A stretch of 63,564 nt of DNA, filler included, from Octopus bimaculoides (lineage: Eukaryota): the NCBI RefSeq assembly GCF_001194135.2. It is 9 parts of 8 records of this genome, joined end to end, with 100 filler letters (N's around TTAATTAATTAA, not from the genome) between each part and the next. Parts side by side here need not be neighbours in the genome. Positions count along the whole stretch, not along the records: positions 53,200 to 57,519 come from NC_069003.1; positions 57,620 to 61,521 come from NC_068999.1; positions 61,622 to 63,564 come from NW_026310337.1; 6 more parts are not named here. The stretch is one strand, 5' to 3'. The position numbers and the translations under genes were made by a program. Shown piece by piece: positions 53,720-63,564 of the stretch (its first letter is position 1; the number at the start of each line of letters is the position of its first letter). Under the pieces are notes generated by a model that was not told the origin of the DNA, ran no database searches, and saw only the letters and a program-made list of their open reading frames with translations.

Positions 53720-53845
53720 TTCGGATGTTTCAACGTTCGCCAAATAAGGACGGACTAAATAAGGTTGCATTGATAGCGAGAGAGGACCTATCTTCTTCCG
53801 AATTGGACAGACTTGCCAGATATTGTAAAGGGAGTCTGAGAGAGC
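53720..53845 (+). mobile_element. RTE-type APE endonuclease N-terminal remnant
   Basis: FGCFNVR, then ALIARE..L and KGSLRE in a shifted frame, matching IGTWNVR...ALIARELARY...GEGSLRE. Confidence 0.5.
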
Positions 53846-54047
53846 GCTTAACCAATGAGATTGCAGCATCTCACAGCAGGGATTGACACACAACAGATGT
53901 GGCAGCCAGTTACTGCATTCATCGGCTCTCACAAGGGAGATGTATATGTGTAGTTATATTTCGGTCTGCCTATGTCTCTCTGTCTGTCTACCATTCGCTC
54001 TATCTATCTATCTATGTATCTATGTATGTATTATGTATGTATGTATG

Positions 54048-54105
<58 letters not shown>

Positions 54106-54232
54106 ATTAATCGAAGTATTTTTCTATCTATTTGTCTACCTGTCTCTCTATTCACACATCAAAATCTCTCACTTCCTCTCTTTCTTTGTTTCTCTCTCTC
54201 TTTCTATCTCTCTCTCTGTCTCTCTCTCTCTG

Positions 54233-54305
<73 letters not shown>

Positions 54306-54689
54306 NNNNNNNNNNNNNNNNNNNNNNNNNNNNNNNNNNNNNNNNNNNNNNNNNNNNNNNNNNNNNNNNNNNNNNNNNNNNNNNNNNNNNNNNNNNNNNN
54401 NNNNNNNNNNNNNNNNNNNNNNNNNNNNNNNNNNNNNNNNNNNNNNNNNNNNNNNNNNNNNNNNNNNNNNNNNNNNNNNNNNNNNNNNNNNNNNNNNNNN
54501 NNNNNNNNNNNNNNNNNNNNNNNNNNNNNNNNNNNNNNNNNNNNNNNNNNNNNNNNNNNNNNNNNNNNNNNNNNNNNNNNNNNNNNNNNNNNNNNNNNNN
54601 NNNNNNNNNNNNNNNNNNNNNNNNNNNNNNNNNNNNNNNNNNNNNNNNNNNNNNNNNNNNNNNNNNNNNNNNNNNNNNNNNNNNNNNNN

Positions 54690-54745
<56 letters not shown>

Positions 54746-55356
54746 TTAGCTGAGGTGTAATCCATGAAGTACGTATTAGAGAACAAGACAAGATAGAGCT
54801 CGTTCACACAGATACCCGTCAGTATTTAAATCCTGTATATATGTGGATCTGTGGATCTGTGTTGTACCGAAACATGTGTAATGGTCATTAAACAGCTGTC
54901 CAAACGCACTTCCTTTTACTTTTGACTCAGTTAATTCTTTATATGTATATGTATGTATTTCTATATATATGTATCTATATATATGCGTGAATATATATGT
55001 ATGTATGTATGTATTTACTGATTACATATATGTATGTACATTCGTACATACGTATGTATGTATGTATGTATGTATGTATGTATGTATGTATGTATGCATG
55101 TATGGCCCTCTCGAGCTACACTAAACCTTCAGCTGTGTGTTTATTCAACGTTAGCAACCGCAAACAAAGAGCGGTATGAAACGATGGCTGTTTTTTCTTT
55201 TCTTTTTTGTTTTTCAAACAGAAAACCAGTTTTATGGCGTTTTATATCAGTGTATATTCGTACAGAAATACACACACAATCACCACCACCCTCCACGTCA
55301 CACACACACATTTACACACTCAAAATCATGTAGGTAGCATAAGGGCATATAAATAT

Positions 55357-55583
55357 ATAAAAGGGTGTGCTGAAAAGTCCCTGACTTTGGGTAAAAGGAA
55401 ACAGAGGTGGATCAGTAAATTATGATTTTATTCAACATATTCCCCTCTCAGATTCACACACTTATTGCTGTTGTCCTTCAGTATTTTTAAGCCCTGTAAA
55501 TGGACTAGGAAGGATGGGCCTCCTCGAACCCGGCATTTTTTCGATGGCCCTTAAACATAAGGACTTATAAGCACCCTCTCTTA
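55357..55583 (-). mobile_element. Mariner-derived MITE (about 227 bp)
   Basis: Degenerate TIRs (AGGGTGTGCTGAAAAGTCC and reverse complement AGAGGGTGCTTATAAGTCC), TA flanks; minus strand retains FTGLKILKDNSNKCVNLRGEYVE*, a mariner C-terminus. Confidence 0.75.
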
Positions 55584-56845
55584 TATATGTAAATAAATAT
55601 GTATCCATACATGTCTTTATCAATATGTACATACATATGCATATACATACATACATATATATNNNNNNNNNNNNNNNNNNNNNNNNNNNNNNNNNNNNNN
55701 NNNNNNNNNNNNNNNNNNNNNNNNNNNNNNNNNNNNNNNNNNNNNNNNNNNNNNNNNNNNNNNNNNNNNNNNNNNNNNNNNNNNNNNNNNNNNNNNNNNN
55801 NNNNNNNNNNNNNNNNNNNNNNNNNNNNNNNNNNNNNNNNNNNNNNNNNNNNNNNNNNNNNNNNNNNNNNNNNNNNNNNNNNNNNNNNNNNNNNNNNNNN
55901 NNNNNNNNNNNNNNNNNNNNNNNNNNNNNNNNNNNNNNNNNNNNNNNNNNNNNNNNNNNNNNNNNNNNNNNNNNNNNNNNNNNNNNNNNNNNNNNNNNNN
56001 NNNNNNNNNNNNNNNNNNNNNNNNNNNNNNNNNNNNNNNNNNNNNNNNNNNNNNNNNNNNNNNNNNNNNNNNNNNNNNNNNNNNNNNNNNNNNNNNNNNN
56101 NNNNNNNNNNNNNNNNNNNTATATATATATATATATATATGTATATATAAACCCATATTGATAGATACATACATGTGTGCATGTGTGTGAGTAATATTTA
56201 TTTTCGTTTTAACCGCTGTTCACATCAAGGAGCCATATTACAATATTCCACGAGAAAACCTAAAGTATACATTAGTCGATAACGTAATCTAGTATAAAAC
56301 AAATGAGAGTGACTAAAGAATTTTAAAACATTTACAACGTAAGCATTATTAGAAACAAATTACGGACCATAAATTATCACACTGCTAGAACTCATGTAGA
56401 ATAATCTATAAAAGTTAACAGGAGTTAACAGATAAAAGATTATAAATCCAGCGACGATTATTTTATCATTTATAAAATTACGCCCACGATCCCTGGATGC
56501 CTGCAGCTAAAACGCGTTAATGTTAATGCTGTTGTCTCCAATTTATTGAGATGATAGTTAAACGTTAATGGATTTTAGAAATTTATTGTTGCATGTAAAA
56601 ATATAACGATTAAAAGCTGATGAAGAGCCATAAACATCTTATTATAAAAATGTCTCAACATACACAGACACACACAAGCACACACCCACACACATGCACG
56701 CACACAGTATATATATGCATACATATATATATATATATATATATANNNNNNNNNNNNNNNNNNNNNNNNNNNNNNNNNNNNNNNNNNNNNNNNNNNNNNN
56801 NNNNNNNNNNNNNNNNNNNNNNNNNNNNNNNNNNNNNNNNNNNNN

Positions 56846-56887
<42 letters not shown>

Positions 56888-57441
56888 GTATATCGATACA
56901 GGTAGATACGAATACTGACACACAATCACACACTTACGCAGACGGTCGTATACACTCACTAAATGTACGGAAAATTAACAAATTATACAAACATTATATT
57001 TGACAGGATATTTTCCATAAAACTTCAACATAGAAATAAATACATTTATCCTATATATACGCATACATGTGTACAGAACAAATCAAATGGCTTTTAGTAG
57101 ATAAATTGCATATATCGTATACAAATACTTACACAGGTCGTCAACATATATATACAAAGTTGTACGTATTTTTAAGCTTGGGTATATACACACAAGAGTC
57201 CATATATCCGGTTTTGTGGTAGCGTATACAAGAAATTACACAAGCCTGAATGCGTGTGTGCATTGTTTTGAGTTCGTCTGTTTGTGTGTTTGTGCGTGTG
57301 TGAAAATATATGGACAGTTTCGATGTGTGTTCGTGTATATGCATACTATATGTATGTGTGTGTGTCTGTATATGCATATGTGTGTATATGTAAGTATATA
57401 TGTATATGCCTTTATATATGCATATATATATGTGTGCATGT

Positions 57442-57519
<78 letters not shown>

Positions 57520-58125
57520 NNNNNNNNNNNNNNNNNNNNNNNNNNNNNNNNNNNNNNNNNNNNTTAATTAATTAANNNNNNNNNNNNNNNNNNNNNNNNN
57601 NNNNNNNNNNNNNNNNNNNATATATATATATATATATATATATATGCATGTATATATTTATACATTCCGAGAGAGAGAGAGAGAGAGAGGGAGGAAGAAA
57701 AAGATGGATACACACACGTACACGCACACACAAACACATATGCATATACATAAATAAATACACGCACGCACACACACACACATATATACATATATGTATG
57801 CAGGTATATACACATGGTGTATCTTTAAAACATATAGAGTATACGCGCGCGCGCGCACGCATACATGCGCACACGCACAAAAACACTCTCACATGTACCA
57901 TTTCATAATATACATAAGGGTAACGTTCCACTTGAGCATTTCCAGATATGTTCAATGTGAATGTGACCTGTGAGTCTAATTCACATAGAAATGATCTCGT
58001 AACACCGACTACCCTTCAAGGTATTATGCACTCTACCTCAGGGCTTACATATGTAACTTACTGAAACATAGATGAGCCACAAAGGCACATATGTATGCAA
58101 ATATATATCTGTCTACCCATGCATA

Positions 58126-58158
<33 letters not shown>

Positions 58159-58339
58159 NNNNNNNNNNNNNNNNNNNNNNNNNNNNNNNNNNNNNNNNNN
58201 NNNNNNNNNNNNNNNNNNNNNNNNNNNNNNNNNNNNNNNNNNNNNNNNNNNNNNNNNNNNNNNNNNNNNNNNNNNNNNNNNNNNNNNNNNNNNNNNNNNN
58301 NNNNNNNNNNNNNNNNNNNNNNNNNNNNNNNNNNNNNNN

Positions 58340-58694
58340 TGGATCCGGGTTCAGTCCCACTGCGTGGCACCTTGGGCAAGTGTTTTCTACTATTGCCTCG
58401 GGCCGACCAAAGCCTTGTGAGTGGATTTGGTAGACGGAAACTGAAAGAAGCCTGTCGTATATATGTATATGTGTGTATGTGTTTGCTTGTGTGCCTGTGT
58501 TTGTCCCCCAACATCGCTTGACAACAGATGCTGGTGTGTTTACGTCCCCGTAACTTAGCGGTTCGGCAAAAGAGACCGATAGAATAAGTACTAGGCTTCC
58601 AAAGAATAAGTCCTGGGGTCGATTTGCTCGACTAAAGGCGGTGCTCCAGCATGGCCGCAGTCAAATAACTGAAACAAGTAAAAGAGTAAAAGAG
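58340..58694 (+). mobile_element. Best-preserved copy of SINE family A (5' end in a gap)
   Basis: B-box GGTTCAGTCCC, CORE-like GGCACCTTGGGCAAGTG, internal (TA)(TG) stretch, GGGGTCGATTTGCTCGAC hairpin, tail ending (GTAAAAGA)2. Confidence 0.92.
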
Positions 58695-58741
58695 TATATA
58701 TATATATATATGCGTCTGTGTGTTTATACAGAAATGCATAT

Positions 58742-58819
<78 letters not shown>

Positions 58820-59140
58820 GGATGGATGGATAGATGTATATCCATATATATACAACATGATTTATTTTGACATGAGAAATGAATATATTAGAAGATAAAA
58901 TTGGTGGAAAGAATAGGCAACTTCTCCATCTCTCATTATTTGTTGTTTGTTTTCATATAAGTATTGCCATTTAAATGGAAAATAGCACCACCTTTAAAAC
59001 AAGATCATCCGCACATATACATCCATTAATACATTTATGGATGCTTCTGTTTATTTGGCTCTTATTCTGTCTATATATCTATTTATTAATCTAACCATTT
59101 CTTTCTCTCTCTCTTTCTCTCTCTTTAACCTCACTCTCTC

Positions 59141-59208
<68 letters not shown>

Positions 59209-59270
59209 ACAATATATGTATTCAGTGTGTGAGAGAAAGAGAGACAGAGACAGAGACAGAGACACAAAGG

Positions 59271-59361
<91 letters not shown>

Positions 59362-60931
59362 TTACAAGGTTTGAGATATAGATAGACAGATAAATAGATA
59401 TGGAGATATACGAGGGTACTTATGTGCATTACCATATATCAAATTTTTTAAATGTATTCTCAAAATAAATAAAATGAAGGGTTTTCATATAGCGAAAATA
59501 GTTATATTGTGTTCTTTAAATTTACGCATGTGTGCAGACAACCGTTTAGAAGAACGGATACCTTACTCCAGCAGATAAAACGAATACTTTCGAGGAGTAT
59601 CACAACATTAAACAGGACAAAATTATGAAATTCGTGTTCAGTTTCAAATTCATATTGCAAAAGCAGCTATGTATACATATATGACACACACACACACACA
59701 CACATATGTATATATATATATATATATATATNNNNNNNNNNNNNNNNNNNNNNNNNNNNNNNNNNNNNNNNNNNNNNNNNNNNNNNNNNNNNNNNNNNNN
59801 NNNNNNNNNNNNNNNNNNNNNNNNNNNNNNNNNNNNNNNNNNNNNNNNNNNNNNNNNNNNNNNNNNNNNNNNNNNNNNNNNNNNNNNNNNNNNNNNNNNN
59901 NNNNNNNNNNNNNNNNNNNNNNNNNNNNNNNNNNNNNNNNNNNNNNNNNNNNNNNNNNNNNNNNNNNNNNNNNNNNNNNNNNNNNNNNNNNNNNNNNNNN
60001 NNNNNNNNNNNNNNNNNNNNNNNNNNNNNNNNNNNNNNNNNNNNNNNNNNNNNNNNNNNNNNNNNNNNNNNNNNNNNNNNNNNNNNNNNNNNNNNNNNNN
60101 NNNNNNNNNNNNNNNNNNNNNNNNNNNNNNNNNNNNNNNNNNNNNNNNNNNNNNNNNNNNNNNNNNNNNNNNNNNNNNNNNNNNNNNNNNNNNNNNNNNN
60201 NNNNNNNNNNNNNNNNNNNNNNNNNNNNNNNNNNNNNNNNNNNNNNNNNNNNNNNNNNNNNNNNNNNNNNNNNNNNNNNNNNNNNNNNNNNNNNNNNNNN
60301 NNNNNNNNNNNNNNNNNNNNNNNNNNNNNNNNNNNNNNNNNNNNNNNNNNNNNNNNNNNNNNNNNNNNNNNNNNNNNNNNNNNNNNNNNNNNNNNNNNNN
60401 NNNNNNNNNNNNNNNNNNNNNNNNNNNNNNNNNNNNNNNNNNNNNNNNNNNNNNNNNNNNNNNNNNNNNNNNNNNNNNNNNNNNNNNNNNATATATATAT
60501 ATATATATACGACTAGTATACCCTTCATGTAGCATTGTCTAAAAATGTCTCCAAATTTCCCCAGAAAACTCAGTTACTAAATTATTCAAAATTTAGTTAA
60601 TACACCTAACAATCAAACTTTATTACGAATCATAATGTATTGGATTGTTTTACGGTTAACATCGTATATAGAAAACACACACACGCACACACACACACAC
60701 ACATGCCTATCTGCGTGCTTCATAAATTCTCTTATTTAATATTTTGTTATATATCTATGTAATTCGCTCAAATAATGAACAGTGTCCATTCGCTGAACTC
60801 ATTACACTTCGTATCAAGTGTTATTTCATTTTTTTTTTTTAATCAGTGCGTGTGGGTTAGTATATTTGAGAATATGTAAATGTACGTCTAACTATGGGTA
60901 AATAGATATCAGTATATATATTCGAAAATGC

Positions 60932-60971
<40 letters not shown>

Positions 60972-61431
60972 ACACACACACACACATGCACACACAAACA
61001 CATATGTCTCTGTGTGTGTGTATATAAATATAAGTCAATATGGAATTTATAAATATATTTAAGTTTCCATGTATATATGTAAGTTTATATATACACGTAT
61101 ATATATATATACATAAACGCGCCACGCGCACACACAAATGTATATATATATATATATATATACGCATATATATTGCGTGTGTCCACATATACACACACAT
61201 ATATGAATATATACGTATATATATTTGTGTGAGTGAAGGTGTGTGTATGACTTAAGGTTGTATATTTATACGTATAACATTTTTAAGAAAAATATTCTAT
61301 GTGGTTTAAGAAAAAAACAAAAAGCAACTGATAAATGCAGGTTCGATTGCACCATAAAGCATGTACCCCTCCGTCATATTTTAAGTACCAGCATCTGTCT
61401 ATCTATCTATCAAGTTGAGTACAGATATTTG

Positions 61432-61476
<45 letters not shown>

Positions 61477-61764
61477 GTGTATATAAGATTGACCACTGAC
61501 CGGTCTGTCAATATGCTATATNNNNNNNNNNNNNNNNNNNNNNNNNNNNNNNNNNNNNNNNNNNNTTAATTAATTAANNNNNNNNNNNNNNNNNNNNNNN
61601 NNNNNNNNNNNNNNNNNNNNNATATGTATATATGCATGCATGTATGTATGTATGTATGTATGTATGTATATGTAAAGACTTATGCCATACGGTGTTGGTC
61701 CAAGTCAGTGGCGTTTCTCTTGGTCGATCTCTGCGGCGTTGTTAGAATACGGTTGCATTTTAGG

Positions 61765-62356
61765 TAAATTGCTAAACTGCCATAGAAAATCAGAAACACC
61801 AATGTTTGGAAGCCTACATTATGCTACTTTCTCGTCACAAAAATTAATCATTTTTGAGTCGAATTGTAACATGTGATGAGAAATGGATTCAATACAACAA
61901 CCGTAAACGTTGGACAAAGACGAGCCACCAAGACACAGTCCAAAAAGCAAAATTCATCAAAAGAATCTGATGGTGTGTGTTTGGTGGACAGGTGCAGGTG
62001 TGATCCATTGTGATTTCATTAAACCTGGCTCATCGATCACGGCCGAAGTATACTGCAGCCAACTGGACCAAATGATGCAGAAACTTACAAAAAACAAAAA
62101 AACCCACCCTAGATTAGTCAACAAATCCACTCCTATTTTATTGCAAGACAACGCCAGACCACATTTCGCAAAAATGGCATTGGCAAAACTACAGAAGTGG
62201 GAGTTGGAAGTTCTCCATCATCCACCCTACTCACCTGATCTTGTCCCCACTGACTACCAATTCTTCCAGAATTTGGATAACTTTTAGGTAGGAAAAAAAT
62301 TTAATTCCGACGATTCAGTAAAACAGGCTTTCCAAGATTTTATTGACTCTAGATTG
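61765..62356 (+). pseudogene. Mariner (D,D34D) transposase fragment
   Basis: FLSRIVTCDEKWIQYNNRKR, frameshift, then LMVCVWW...LLQDNARPH...HHPPYSPDLVPTDY; exactly 34 residues between the second and third Asp; in-frame stops; runs into a gap. Confidence 0.92.
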
Positions 62357-63034
62357 NNNNNNNNNNNNNNNNNNNNNNNNNNNNNNNNNNNNNNNNNNNN
62401 NNNNNNNNNNNNNNNNNNNNNNNNNNNNNNNNNNNNNNNNNNNNNNNNNNNNNNNNNNNNNNNNNNNNNNNNNNNNNNNNNNNNNNNNNNNNNNNNNNNN
62501 NNNNNNNNNNNNNNNNNNNNNNNNNNNNNNNNNNNNNNNNNNNNNNNNNNNNNNNNNNNNNNNNNNNNNNNNNNNNNNNNNNNNNNNNNNNNNNNNNNNN
62601 NNNNNNNNNNNNNNNNNNNNNNNNNNNNNNNNNNNNNNNNNNNNNNNNNNNNNNNNNNNNNNNNNNNNNNNNNNNNNNNNNNNNNNNNNNNNNNNNNNNN
62701 NNNNNNNNNNNNNNNNNNNNNNNNNNNNNNNNNNNNNNNNNNNNNNNNNNNNNNNNNNNNNNNNNNNNNNNNNNNNNNNNNNNNNNNNNNNNNNNNNNNN
62801 NNNNNNNNNNNNNNNNNNNNNNNNNNNNNNNNNNNNNNNNNNNNNNNNNNNNNNNNNNNNNNNNNNNNNNNNNNNNNNNNNNNNNNNNNNNNNNNNNNNN
62901 NNNNNNNNNNNNNNNNNNNNNNNNNNNNNNNNNNNNNNNNNNNNNNNNNNNNNNNNNNNNNAGAAAACCCAAAATAACAAGATATGCAAAGGCAAAATAA
63001 TGATTCCTTTTATTACCAGAAAGGAGACAGAGAG

Positions 63035-63051
63035 TAATAATAATGATGATG

Positions 63052-63115
<64 letters not shown>

Positions 63116-63117
63116 TA
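63035..63117. repeat. (AAT)n microsatellite
   Basis: Seen directly. Confidence 0.95.
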
Positions 63118-63564
63118 ACAACTTGATATTTGATGTCTGTGTCTCACTCGATATAGTTGGAAAGTTAAATATAAAATGATACAGCATTTATATAGACAAG
63201 AATTAATGGGTGTTTATGAATAGTTTATAAACAGTCTTTATACACTAGGGTATAAACATATACCCGATCGCACCTCTATAGATAATACAGTTATATATAC
63301 ACTCAGTCTAATACTCTCCGTGTATCTCAAACACTCAAGAGTATACACGCATAGAGACAGCTTCGTGCATGTTCGAGTGTATATTATATATACATATATG
63401 ATAGCATCACCATTTTAAAATCTAAATATACGTTCCTATAGATACGTTCAGAAATATACAGAGAACAATGTAATGATCTTTTAATTGGGAAAATGGCGAC
63501 AAGTATATACATATACATACATACATACATACATACATACTTATATATATATATTCACATACAC

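Overview
This is AT-rich, microsatellite-saturated eukaryotic draft-assembly DNA with many N gaps. The SINE and LINE content looks like an octopod cephalopod (Octopus-like); this is inferred from recalled repeat families, not from a search. I can support no host protein-coding gene, no true tRNA or rRNA gene and no CRISPR array. Almost all ORFs in the supplied track are microsatellite or gap artefacts. The supportable content is a dense set of decayed mobile elements: about 17 tRNA-derived SINE copies or fragments in about 4 modular families (two with clean 13- and 16-bp TSDs); LINE fragments of R4/Dong-like, RTE and CR1-like type; Penelope-like remnants; and several mariner/Tc1/pogo-type fossils, including a 1.24-kb element with both TIRs and a D,D34D transposase fragment. 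The most interesting signals are: (1) a minimal type-I hammerhead-like fold with a variant core at 19599-19635; (2) an R4-clade LINE 3' end in a (CATA)n tract, and a non-coding element in an (AAT)n tract, both possibly microsatellite-targeted; (3) a CR1-like LINE 3' UTR that matches the tail of the commonest SINE, plus head/tail module swapping among SINEs; (4) a perfect 25-bp-stem hairpin at 2671-2728; (5) weak micro-exon candidates. Family names A-D are local labels only.
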